Assembly (NCBI RefSeq): GCF_041146345.1
Contig: NW_027191411.1
Span: 1,488,001 to 1,552,000 of the forward strand
Length of the DNA stretch: 64,000 nt
Origin: Neodothiora populina
Taxonomy: Eukaryota
Direction: 5' to 3'
In this document: piece after piece, positions 26,313-38,791 of the stretch
Position numbering within the stretch: position 1 is the first letter of the stretch
Layout of the letters: each line of letters begins with the position of its first letter
The notes under the pieces: model-generated
The model's database searches: none
What the model was told of the DNA's origin: nothing
What the model saw: the letters and a program-made list of their open reading frames with translations, nothing else
Translations under genes and position numbers: made by a program

Positions 26313-26933
26313 CTACTGTATCCAGGAGCCGATGGCTGTTAGCGCGTCCGTGCAAACTCCCTGCGTGCAAGTACAGTAGAGGCTCACTTGCAGTCTGGAG
26401 TCACTTCCGTCCGTCCCCACCAGCGATGATACACTTCCAAGATCAGGCACTCCGCTGGCATCCATTGATTTAGTCAGCTTGATGAATAGGCAATAATAGA
26501 TACTTTGTTCCGTCACTCGTCCAAGAGCGGTGGTCTCATCCAGCACGACCTTTGCAAACGTAGAAGCTTGACTGAACCGAGCGATAGCGCCAAGACCAAT
26601 CCAAGCCGTCTCTTCACCTACCTCAACTTGGGGTGCTACCGCCTTTGGTGCGCGCCTCCTTACGGCCCTGTCGTACAGAGTAGTAAACTGGGTCAATGAT
26701 CGAGAGACTGTTCTTGGTAGTCGGAAGTGTTCTCCACTTAGTCTATTCGAGGGTCTCAACTCCCACATTTCGTTAGGTATCGTCGCCGACGCTGTGAGGC
26801 GTGAAAGCGGGACCGACGTATCTGGATTCATCTGCCGAATGAACTTGGACGAGTCGACAACCTCAGGTCCTAAGGAATTCAGCATCTGGAGTACTCGTGT
26901 TGCCGGCACGGCTGCAACTGTGACGAGTTGCCG
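26313..26933 (-). other. Open frame of about 200 codons; possible internal exon or gene remnant
   Basis: Long stop-free frame with a donor-like GTGAGC near 26388 and a downstream GCTAAC. I could not build a full gene or recognise a family. Confidence 0.3.
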
Positions 26934-28483
26934 TCATAGTGGCTACAAAAGCGACGCCTTGCCACATCCCACTCAGCGATCCTGCTCTTGGAAGAATTCA
27001 TGTATTGCGTGGTGACCTCTTGCTTCTTGACTTTGTTGAGTCTATAAAAGCATGGTGCCACATATCGGAGGCATCTTCTCGTGGGTTTGAGCCAGCACGT
27101 CGACTTGTGCGTACGTTAAAGCGATCTCTCGCCCGATTGAAGCTCTGGAAAATGCAAGGCTTTGGCGGACAAAGTCGGGCCAAGTATCACGAGACAACGA
27201 GTCTTACGGATACAAATCCGGCTTGTAATCGTACGTGGGCTATTATGGTGTGCGCGGCTGCCAAGCAGCTCTTTACAGCACTAAGCATGTGAGTTTGACC
27301 GGAGTCGATAACATTCTGGGAAGCTGCTGGACAACGCCATAAGCAAAGTCCCATTCATCAGATTGGCTAAGCGATGTTGGATGACATGATAAGAGTGAAA
27401 GTCTGTACGTACCGTCATGATGCTCCAGACAAAGAGGCATGTCCTGGAAAGCCTTTACCGAACCATGCTTTGGGATCGCTGCCGAGTGCCATCGTGCTGG
27501 CGTCTACAAATCCGAATACGACGTAGTTCATGGGTCATCGAGCTCCTTGGTTGAGCGGACTTGCTGGAGCCACAAGTAGCAGGTGATGATGATTGGCACT
27601 TGTGGAATGGATAAGCCTCGATCCCGCTACTCATTGTGGGCTTATTTCCAGTTAAAAGGTAGTCATGCACCGGGCACATCTGGATCATTGAAGTCATAGT
27701 CCGCATGCATCAGAGCACACATGCATGTTCTTACCTCTCAATATCCTCATGCTTTTGATACGTCATGCCTGCTACTACGCCTTGGCTTTGGATAAAGCCG
27801 ACATACCGATCCGCCAAATTCTTGCGCCTTTCAAGCATAAAAGCGAGGAGGTGGGAGGACTTAGCCAATGAACAGGCCGCCTACTATATGGAGGAATGGC
27901 ACGTAACACTTTCCTCGCCTCTCCAAGCAATCAGAGCTCAGGAGATGCTCCGTCGAGAGCCCCCTCGAACCGACATTCACATTCTTCGATATGAGCCAGG
28001 GTGACTAGCCTGTTTAGTCACTCTCAGGGAATCCCTGGCCAGCCACACGTACCACCAATTATCAGAGTGTTTAGTAGCTAGGTCACAAGGAACGGATGCT
28101 GCGATTCGTGCGATTCGTTGCATGTCTTTCTGCGCGCTGTCGGTCACTCATTATTGACTGCTGCTTCGAGCATGAAAAGCAACGATGCGGAAGCGACCAC
28201 AGAAAGGAAAGAGTCAGGTGGTGGTGCTGCGCGTCGAGGGTCTCGAGCGTGTTAGGGTCTCGAGCGTGTTTCCACAGCTGCTGTGATAAACATGCCTGTA
28301 GTCTCATACCTCGCAGCCGGCTCTTGCTGATACATATTGGGCTTTGGAAACAAAATTTTGAGAACACTCCCGGCCACAATTGCTCAGGACTCAGGAGCGA
28401 CTTTGCACAAAGGTCTGATCTTACTTTCTAGACTTGTACATAGTTGGTCGCTTCTTGACCTGTCTTGTGCTCCGGCCTGCGGG

Positions 28484-29095
28484 ATGAGCGAACCAAAGCG
28501 CGAACCTCGTCCAATTGCACCGAGCGATTCAAGTCAGAGACCGAGTAATCCATTTGCTGGCTCTGTTGTGCACGAACCCCATGATCCACGCGCAACAAAA
28601 CTGAAGCGGAGCGTTGTTCACGTTGCTTGCCTGGCTTGTCGTAGACTTCGCATCAAGGTCTGTCAGCGCTTAGGGGCAAAATTACGTCTTTGTCACTGAC
28701 GCTGCAAATAGTGTGATGGCCAGAGACCAGCTTGTGTTTCGTGCGCAAGGCGTGGAGAAGCGTGTGAATATGATGTTGAGGCAAACACAACTCGTACCAA
28801 CGCACTTAAGCGGAGGAACGAGACTCTCAAAAATGAAGTTGAGCAGTACAAAGAACTCTATCGCTGCATTCGTATGCAACCTGAGTATGACGCAGCCGAA
28901 GTTTTTCGCCGCATCAGAGCTACCGAAAATCCATTGGACGTACTGTCCCAGCTTAAGGCGGCGAACATGTTAGTCGACAGCGCGGATAGCGGAATGTCAA
29001 GTGTGCCAATGGATCCAAGCCAGGATCCGGATGAAAGTTTGGACGATGAGCACACTGGCTCCAGAGCTAGTGAACCCGAAAGTGAAGATAACTAA
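28484..29095 (+). CDS. Short Zn(II)2Cys6 transcription factor (about 185 aa)
   Basis: Exons 28484-28657 and 28712-29095. ACLACRRLRIK|CDGQRPACVSCARRGEACEY gives all six Cys, followed by coiled coil ALKRRNETLKNEVEQYKELY and an acidic tail. Confidence 0.88.
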
Positions 29096-31104
29096 ATCAC
29101 AGCATGTCAATTCGAACTGCTTTAAAGTTGTGGATAGGCCTCAATTGTGCCTTCTTTTTGGCACGCAAGGCACCATGTATGCAGCGTGCAGGGAAAAAGC
29201 TGCATACTAGGTACGAAGTCAAACGCTGTGCGGCATTCTCAGCTCTTCGACTCCTAGTCACGCAGAGGACTCTGCTACCACGATGCCCGTTTTCATCGGT
29301 ATACAACTCTCAAATCGAGGTACTAGCGGTGATCAAGGACGGACCAATAGATATGCTCAGGCAATCGAGCCAATTCTTGCGCGTCAAGATTATTACAAGA
29401 TAGCCGCGTTACACGTCACATCTCGACAATAGAGATGCACGTCCCAAGCACATTGCAATCAGTACTATGCTCACAGCATGATACCAAGAACGATATATAT
29501 GGTACGATCATATCTCTCTGCACATTGTGCACGACGGCAGGTACTGCAGATGTAGGGCTGCATACATATATTCGGTCGATAAGAGCACTGCAAAAGTGGA
29601 GGCATCATACGTCTTCTGTTGAATCGCAATCTGCACAAATGGATGCCATTGAGGTGAAGATGAATAAAGACCGTTGCTTTCTAAGTCAACTTGGCACGGG
29701 ACATCTATGGAGGAGGACATCATGCTCGGTCATGCTCCGGTTAATCACATGTTTAACAATTAGAGTATAGCCATCGATCGCTGTGAATCTGGAGCACACG
29801 GCAGATGCGAGTACCGACTCTTGAACCTGCGTAATATACCGCTCGAGTCACGGTCCTTCGGGGCGCCGCTTAATCGCTTGAAAAGTGTAAAAGGTCATTG
29901 ACTGGAAGTTGCCGCAGATTATCCCAGTGGACCACGAAGAGATGGCGCATTCAACCCAAACCTTCTTTCTCTGGCTATTCTGAACACTATGAGCTTTGGA
30001 GTCACCGAAACATCATGCTCGTTGCATAGGATCCGTAAGTGAACAGGAGCTCACCCCGATGCTTGTACAACCACCCAAAACCACTAGAGTCGAATAGCTG
30101 CAAGTCCGAATGTTGTGTGCACCATCGACATATTGCTTGCTGCACACTCGAAAGGCTTGCATGTATCTTGCATAGTTCCATCCACCTAATCGCGCCATGC
30201 CATCCGTCCTCCCTAGACAACGCAAAGTACCAATGCGTCTGCCAATCTTGAATCACAATTTGACAAGACTAACGGACTTGAATAGACTTGTTTCTACAGC
30301 AAGTCGTGGAAACCCATCTTGAAGCAGGCTTTCTGTTGCTCAATGAGGGGGAAAGTCAGGGGTACTCATCCACGTGAGAGACCGTCTCATCATTGCGACT
30401 GTGCTGCATGGAGAACACCGTTGCCCTTACTTTGCAAGGACATTGCATTAGATCAAGTAAATTGAAGAAGCAGATCTCTTGGCTAAATTTGGATTGTGCA
30501 TGACTAATAGCGTGCAGCTGCATCGATTTAACACCTGTCATGAATCATGGGCGTGTACTTATGCTCACTGACAAACGCCTAGATCCAACACGAAATCAGC
30601 AACCGACCTGACCGCTTGCAAGGAATGAGCACCGACTGTACACACACGAGCCACGGACTCCAAGTGTGAGCGCTATTCGCTCACGGATGTACCTTTCTCA
30701 AAGGTGGCTGTAAGAATTTCTCTTAACATTGAACCAATACTCGCTCTGATAACTAGTATGCTAGTCCCACGAGCTCCTAATCGTGCCGTGAACAGATACA
30801 ACTCATCCACTATGCTGGTCGTAGGGTGACAACCTTCGTCCACCCAATCTGCTTAGGCACGGCACGATACCCATGGAGCGATAACCGCACACAACGTACT
30901 TTGAGCGAAGGACGATGAAGTGGGATTGTGTCCTCGGAAACGTGCAAAAGATGGTAAGGAACTATGTGGCGTGACTCGTACGGATGTCTGGTCGGTCCGT
31001 GATTTCGTAACTTACTGCCTGACTCTTTCCCTCGCGAAAGCCACAAATACATTTCCCACCAATGAGACTTTCTTGAACAATCAATTCGAATTGTACTTCT
31101 TACA

Positions 31105-31667
31105 TTAATTAGACCGTACTAGTCCGCGAGCCTTTAGCTCCTCAAGCATATCGGAAAAGTCATCATCGCCTTCAGTCGCTCTCGTTTGGAATGCATGGAG
31201 GTTCTCGGTGATCCAGTTCGCGTCACCACCAGCAGCAGGAAGGTGGAATCCCACCTCAGTACCGGCGACAATACTACCTGGGTGAGGTCAACTTAAAAGT
31301 CTAGAAGTGCTCGATAACGGTCAATGCCGCTGTGGATCCTACCAAAGTACATAATGAGCCTAAGCTCGGCATCCACCTTCGAGGGCCCGACGATGGTGTT
31401 CCACACTCCCAGAATCGCCTCACTTACTCCGTCGTAGTCACTTTGTGTACGCGATGGTCCATGACGGACGTGAGCGAATATCCTGTTCGTCCTTCGGCGC
31501 TTGCCAGCAACATAGGTAACATGGTGCGCAATATTGGTGAAGCGAACATTGACAAAGAGCTTCGGAGTCGCAAATGTCTCGGAGTGAATATTGGTAATCG
31601 TCTCCGCTATCTTGTCTTGCTCATCTTCTGTGAGATCGCAGATATGCTCTACTTCATACGCTGGCAT
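31105..31667 (-). CDS. Tautomerase-superfamily protein, cis-CaaD-like (N-terminal Pro)
   Basis: Exons 31667-31343 and 31277-31105 (intron 31342-31278). M-P start, ITNIHSETF, FVNVRF, HVRHGPSR and G|SIVAGTEVGFHLP..GGD..W. Confidence 0.82.
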
Positions 31668-32273
31668 TTCGTGATACAGTATCACTTAGCAATGTTCTCG
31701 GCGGCGATCGCGGAGGAAGAAGTAGTGTGGCTACCTTATTCTCAAGGAGAGATTGTCACACCGTACTTATAAGCCACCTCGTCTGCGGGGTTAGGAAAAG
31801 CCAATCAGAGCTTGTATTGCCGTACCCCACTGCTGTTGGTCGAGGCCGATGCCATACCGTAGACTCAAACAGCTCGACCAGTATTATTGCCATCTTCGGC
31901 CTCTGGTGATCGACAGTGTGCTTGCTACTGTACAGCAGACTGAAACATTGACTGCGCTATGACTTGGGTCACCAAATGTCAGAAGTCCTGGACCGGGGAT
32001 TTATCTAGGTCCGCAACCCAGGACTTCGCATTACAGACGTGAACAAATAATCTTAGTACATCGATCAGCGATGAACAGCGATGGGCAGCGATGATTGTAA
32101 AGTATACAGTATATAAATGAGAGTACTAATCTTTTGCGTCGTGGATCTTCACGACTCTCCCTTCCGTGGCTTGAACTTGAAGACATTCGTGCCAAATTCC
32201 CGCCTCGTCGTTCACCCCATCAGTTGAGGATATTTAATGAACGACGGAGCTTGTGCGATGGAATTAGGCTCCG

Positions 32274-33697
32274 TTACTCAAGAGGCCTGGGCTCGACGGG
32301 CTGCTGCTTTGGTGGTGCCTCGATATGGGTCGTCATCTTCTTCAACGCTACCTCCCCGGGTCCAAGGTTAGTATCAAAGCGTTGGCCCATGAAGAGGAAG
32401 TTGTGTGGAAATCCTGGGTCGAACTCAGTCGCATCGTCAATTTCACGCATTTCCTCAACCGAAAGCTTGAGGCTCAAGGCTTCAATGTTGCCCTTGAGGT
32501 GCTCGACTTTGCGACCCCCCACGATTGGGAATACATTTGGAGTCTTATGCATCACGTATGCAAGAGCCTGTTCTAGCGGTCAACATCGCGACTTTCTCCA
32601 GAGGGTAGCATATCGACTTACAATGCTAGTCATCAGAGTGCCTTTCGACTGAGCAATCTTCTCGAGTACTTTAGACACCTTCAACTGAGCCTCAGTTGGT
32701 CCAAAGCCGGACATATTGCGTCCTTCCGCTGCCTTTCTTTGCCCCTCAGATTTGAAATTGCCTCCACCGAGAGCTCCCCAGGGTGCAAGGGCCATACCTT
32801 CAGCCTGAACCATGGGAATGATGTCGCGCTCGAAATCGCGCGAAGCAGCGGACCATTGGCCCTGATATACAACGAATTGTCGCATACCATTGTTTCGTGC
32901 ATGCTCATTCGCCTTGGCCACAACCCAGGCAGGAGTGTCTGAAACTCCAAGATAAAGGATCTTCCCGGCATCCGCAGCAGCATTTAGCGCCTTCATTAAT
33001 TCGGGGACCGACGTAGTGTAGTCCCACCAATGGACATACAAGATGTCGATGTAATCGGTCTTGAGCTTCTTCAGACTTGCTTCGAGAGACGTGCGAAGTG
33101 ACTTTGTCGAATTGCCGACGAATGTGGATTGAAGCTCTTTCTGCTGCTGGTGACCCCGGAAACCTGTTGTGAACTTGGAGACACGCTGTTAGTACGATAC
33201 ACAGAATATCTCACTTCTAAAACCATACCTTCGTGGCACTACAGTCGAATCAGCTTAGGTTCCAACAAAGACACGATATAGACTTACATGACCATCTGAT
33301 CGCGATTACCACGCGATTCCATCCATTCGCCGATCCATTGCTCGGACTCTTCGTTCTGATAGTTATTGGCACTAAGCATATTTAGCATTACTTGCACTGA
33401 TGAAGCGCAAAACTTGGAGGAACATACGTATCGATGAAGTTGCCCCCCATTTCATAGAAATAATCCAGGATCTCGAAAGTCTGCTTCTTGTCACAGGCTC
33501 CCATCATCTCCTTCCAGGCATCACCAAAGTTCATGGCTCCTAGGCATATTGGAGAAACAGTAACTCCTGTTATACTGTTAGATATACTGCGCTACGACAA
33601 GCTACATAGCTTCCATTCATCTACCTGCGGACGGAGACAAGACACGGTGGTATCCTAAGTTGGACTTGGGCTTTGGGGCAGGAGCGAAGGGCGACAT
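32274..33697 (-). CDS. Aldo-keto reductase, aryl-alcohol dehydrogenase / NorA-StcV-like subfamily
   Basis: Multi-exon. [70 protein letters not shown] and [11 protein letters not shown]. Catalytic D/Y/K/H are all visible. Confidence 0.92.
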
Positions 33698-34335
33698 CGT
33701 GATTGCAATGATAGTACAGTTATGATAGTACAGCTGCGTTTGTTGAATTACTTAAAAGTATAGTCAACAACAACATAAATATATATCTTGGGGAGCTCTA
33801 CCAAGGCATGGATACCATTGAAGTTTGTTACAATCACAGTCGTCATATGATGGAGTTTGCGGATTTTAGTGGATATAGTCGGGAATAGCAACACTTGTGC
33901 ATTGCATTCGAAATTGGCAAGCTAACCCCGCCTGGACTGGCTTCGACTAAGGTCTACTGCTATTACGCGCCACATTGTAGATTTCTCGTCGAATATCAGA
34001 TCATGATGATAGGCAGCAGGATTTTGTCACAGATATGTTGCCTTCGTTCGTCCGGACCTAATTTCTAGGTGGAGTTAAGCCGGTAGGCTGCAGATTCCAG
34101 CGTAAGCAACCTGCTCCTCGCATATCAAGGTTGCAAGATTACGTTACGGATAAGCTACTTCTCATTTGTCACCGAGGCTGACATGAGGTCGTTGGCTCAT
34201 CAGCTCTATTTCCTATACGAAATCAAATTGGCTTGCTCATCGTATAGAGACAGCACACGGCCATGAGTGTGAGACCCCCATGCCAAGTGTAATGTGCCTT
34301 GTGCCCAGCTCTAGTGGCATCGAATCCTTCTGTAC

Positions 34336-37300
34336 TCATACCGAGAACTCATCAATGACACTGAGAGGCTTGACGAATTTGCCTAGAGGTTTGTACTGGA
34401 TATGATCCATAGCAAAGCCTGCCGGTCCTCCGATGTCAATACCCCTCTGAGTCGAAGTCCATTTCTCGGAGGCGGTCATTCCCAGGACAATCACGAGCAA
34501 CCCGTATCGATATTCCGGTGTACCAATGGCTTCTCCGTTCTGTGCATCAAGGACGGAGATGAGGTCAGGCACACTGGCCATGGTCTCCTCGGTCCCGTCG
34601 TCGTTCAGTGCAAGTGCTGCAATGTTTTCGTTCTTGAAAGGAATCTTGACCTTGCCGTTGAAAGTTGACTCGGCATCACCGGCTTCGATGATGACTTCAC
34701 CATAGACGTGACCCATTCTCAAGGTCCGCTCGACCCCGACAATCTTGCCTCTGAAAAGTACCTTGGCCGAATCGACACCGCCTACTTCGTCTATAATCGC
34801 GTCTGCCACTGTGTCAATGCGATTAGATTGGCGAGCTTTCGCGACTGCTCGACCAATGCGCCAAGACAGCGATATCGTGTGTTCAACGACCCAACGTTTT
34901 GTTTCGGCTGGAAGAGGATGTCAGCTCTGAAGGACCAAAGATTTCAATGTCGTCCTTACCTCCTGTGACAGGCCCTTCGGCACAGCCAACGTGAGAGCCC
35001 AATTGGCTGAGCCCCGCGCGGAAAACGCGCTCCACAGTTAAGTCGCTGGTCGCTTTGGTCATGACAACTGTGTTTCCATTGCCATCTGACATTGAGATAG
35101 GGCAGAATATGGTCTTCCGCTCCGCAAAAACTACGGGTGTGGTCTGCCACTTGGTGGGATACGCTCGACCCTGGTGGGAATATCAGCATGAGATGCCTTT
35201 CACTAGCTCAAGAAACGCTATGCAGCTTACCATCCAGTCTCCGTCGACGGTCGGGATCGACATGTTGGAGCTTGCACCAAGAATCATACCCTGTAGTCCA
35301 TTACCACCACCAATTTCTAGGGCGATTATATGAGTGGCCTTCGGGGTCAGTCCAAGGCCGTATAGTTCATTCTGTGCTTCTATCATCCTTCGAGGTATTA
35401 GCATGTGAGATAAGTAGAAACCTGTTAGAAAGATTTGAAGCACGTACTCGTCGCCTTGAAGTTTCTCGATGCTGACTGTTGGCGAGCCAGATCCTCCTCC
35501 ACAGCCAATTAGGTCTTCATCTTTCAGGTCGTTGGGATTGACGACTCGGATGATGCCACCCGCGCGGAGGATCTCTCGCATCACTAACATATGCGAATAA
35601 GGGCTTCCGCCACCTCCAGTACCTAGAATGTAGCAGCCGATAGAGATCCACTGAAGGTCCGCCTCGGATATATACCACACTCGATTGAGAACTTTTGGTC
35701 TATAGAGGGCAATGTTCACATGCTCGACTGGTCTCTTGCTTTGTATGTCGTCTGTTTGTAGCACACTCTTGCTTTCTACACCTTGTGCTTCAGAGTCCAC
35801 ATCATGGTCTTCATTAGTGTCTGGCACTGATGCTTGGCTGAGGATGACGGAGTTCAAGTCAAAGTCACCAGCCGCTCTGACAATGAATCGAGATTTGTTC
35901 GAAATGTACTGTGCATGTAAGTAAACGTGGTCAAGTAGCGTAGATTATAATCTTACCGGTAGTGGGAGTGTCTCGATCTCGACGACCTCGACAGAATCCT
36001 TCTTGGCACCAGCATCAATTGTTTTCTGGACGACGTCTTTCGTTACTTCTTGGAGCAACGACTTGACATCACCGTTCTCTGTAGACTTCACAGTATCAAC
36101 AACGCAACTGACCCTTGCCATGGCCGCTCCAATGGCATTCGCAACGCCAGAATAGCGGGGCTTAATAACCCGGCTCGCGCCTTCTAGCTCGTCAGGAGCG
36201 ACTATGGTCCCACCACCAACGAGTAGTACAGGGAGATCATCTGGAGAAGTTTTCATGGTGTCGATAACACTCTCAAGCATTCTTTTTACTTCTGAGCTGA
36301 AGCTTTGGACCTTTTCAGTCGCTATGTGCTGGACACGACTGACGTCGCCTATTGCAATAGAGCTGTTGGCTGCTACTGTATAGTCTGTGGTAGTGGGAAC
36401 GTCGCCACCAAAGATCAGGGCCTTGGTCTGGATCTGATATCCGACACTGTCCGGGCCAATTCTGACCGAGTCACCATCTTCGCGGACGATCGAGCCACCT
36501 CCCAAACCGACACTCTTGACATCCGGGCAAGAGAAGTTCATGCGAACGCCCGCGAATTCACTATGGGCTGCTGCTTGGCGTGGGAATCCAGTCGCGAGAA
36601 GCATGCCGACGTCAGTAGTCGTCCCACCAATGTCGACTACCATTAGGCTCTCCTTAGTATCGCCTTGCACCAGATAGGCGGCGCCTCGCATACTATTTGT
36701 AGGACCACTGGAGAAGGTCCTGATAGGAAGTCGAGCTGCGGCGTCTCCTGTCAGTATGGTTCCATCGTTTTGTGTTATGAAAACTGGACATTGCATGCCC
36801 AACAGCTTCATCGGCTCTTGGAATGAACGGATGGTTTTTCTAGCTAAAGGCAGAATCGATGCGTTCAATATGGCGGCGTTCTCTCGTTCCAAGAAACCGA
36901 GATTAGCAACTTCCTTTGAAAGCACGACATGAGACCCTGGGAGCGCAGCCTCGATGATATTAGCTGCTCGCTCTTCCTGGCGATAGGTCACATCAATAGG
37001 GCTAAAGACACCGATGATTACGATGCATTTGATCCCCTTTGCTTTGATATTTTGACACTCAGACTTTATCTCGTCCTCATCAATGTCGGAAATGAGGTTT
37101 CCATTAACCTCTAAGCCTCCCTTGACCCGCGCATGGTGGCCAAGGACAATTCTCTTGATGTCATCAGGCCAGTCAATGCATGGCGGCGTATGTTTGCTGA
37201 AAGGTCCGCACAGACGGATGACAGCAACAGGAGCCAGCTTGGTCGCATCTCTAGCAACTACGGCATTTACGAAGTGCTATGATGAGGTCGTTAGTCATAT

Positions 37301-37816
37301 ACTCATACAGGAACGCATTCCAGATCAGTTTCGCGTGCTTCAGATGCCTGAGATTCTGGGCCTCTTCTCTGGTAGCATGCATTGCTTCCATTTACGTGAT
37401 ACAATTTTGGCAAGGTATGTGGGTCTATATAAAATAACAGAACAATCTAACAGTCAAGGACAAAAGTCCAACTTACGGTAGTTCCAATTGTGACGCACGC
37501 AACATCTTCTGCTTTGACTTCAGACTGTTCGAACATAGACACGAGAGCATCTTTGATTCCATCACTTGGGTTGGTGGTTGTGGGAGCTTTATGCCTATCA
37601 TATGTGTTAAACGATAGTGCGCACCTTATAATACACGTATCTTACCATGCAACTATACCCTTGTCCGGCTCAGAGGCTTTTGAGGGATCTAGGATCACTC
37701 CGTCCGTGTTGGTCCTGTGAGGTATCAATTGCAAAATTCATTCTTGCAATAGGACCAGGGACAACCTACCCGCCAACATCAATGCCAATACGTAGAACCT
37801 TATGACTGGTAGCCAT
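34336..37816 (-). CDS. Hydantoinase/oxoprolinase A domain fused to a DUF917-type domain
   Basis: Eight exons: 37816-37770, 37714-37646, 37594-37477, 37276-35957, 35908-35448, 35387-35231, 35170-34960 and 34907-34336. IGIDVGGTNTD, IGTTHFVNA, ERENAAILNA, SSGPTNS, VDIGGTTTDVG, GLGGGS and VANAIGAA; then DUF917 motifs GTGGGG, GSPT, EIGGGNG, DGDWMGRAYP, FKNEN and PDLI. Confidence 0.92.
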
Positions 37817-38791
37817 CTTGATATTATCCTTTCACAATAAATGAGCAGCAAATGTGGACTCTGTGTTTTTCAAACGAATGTATCCTTTGACAGAAAAGCA
37901 CTCTTCTGGATCTGATACAAGAATTACTAGACCACCTTATACTGGATAGATAGCCCAAGGTAGGAAGGCAGTTCGAAGCATACTGGGCATACCTTGGCCG
38001 AGGTCCGCCAAGACCGGCGTAGATTGTCGTACGAGATAGCACATTGACGCTGCATCCTTCTGATGTTGCCTAGATGGTAAGTACGGTGAAATGTATGGTC
38101 TTGATTGTATCCCAACCAGTCGTTGTCCTGAAGCGTCACAAGCCACAGCAGATTGCCGGCAATCCTGTTACCCCCCATTCCCGGGAGACAGACTCGTACT
38201 TGGAGTCGGCCGAGCGTCTTCACGCGCACTCATGCTAATAACACACTGGCTCACAGCGTAATGCTCCAGGTGTCCAATTAAGATCCGGTCAATCGCCGCT
38301 GAAATGCCGCGATGTCCTGTCAAGAGCCGCGCCTAGTAAAGTAAGGTAAGGTTGAAATAACCATCATGCTCGAGCTACGGTACAGTATTATCGAGTCACA
38401 GAAGCCAATCAGAAGTGTCTGCCAAGAACAGATCCATGCTACATGTGGTCAAGAAGTTGTCGCTTATCGGACTTCCGAGCATACCTCAGCTTCATACCTT
38501 ACCTTAGGTACGTTACCGTATGGCTGTTCTTATCAGCAAGCGAGATCATAATAAGGCTATGAACGCGAAGCAACTTGGCCTATCAACTGCCCGTCCAACA
38601 TGTGTATATTCTACGGTACATCCCAAGCGCGACCTCGATATGTATCGCGATATATGGTCTTCTGGATGCTTGGAAGCTGATAAGGATATCCTTGTCGATC
38701 CTATTGCGAGCTGAGTTATAATGTAGAGTGACTCGCATGGCGATTGATGCTGTGGTCAATCGTTTTTGCGCTTGATATTCCTCCATAGAAG
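37817..38791. promoter_or_regulatory. Divergent promoter with seven HGATAR (AreA/Nit2-type) sites and a TCGG-N4-CCGA inverted repeat
   Basis: HGATAR at 37948, 38034, 38388, 38464, 38530, 38580 and 38678. TCGGACTTCCGA at 38467-38478. Confidence 0.5.

Noticed and set aside
26934..27206. In-frame TAG/TGA stops upstream of the 198-aa ORF as RIP damage or editing-repaired codons
   Set aside because: Five stops in about 90 codons is roughly the random rate, so this is no evidence that the frame was coding.
30666..30684. Hairpin GTGAGCG-CTATT-CGCTCAC resembling a lac operator
   Set aside because: A 7-bp stem is expected by chance in 64 kb, and there is no vector context.
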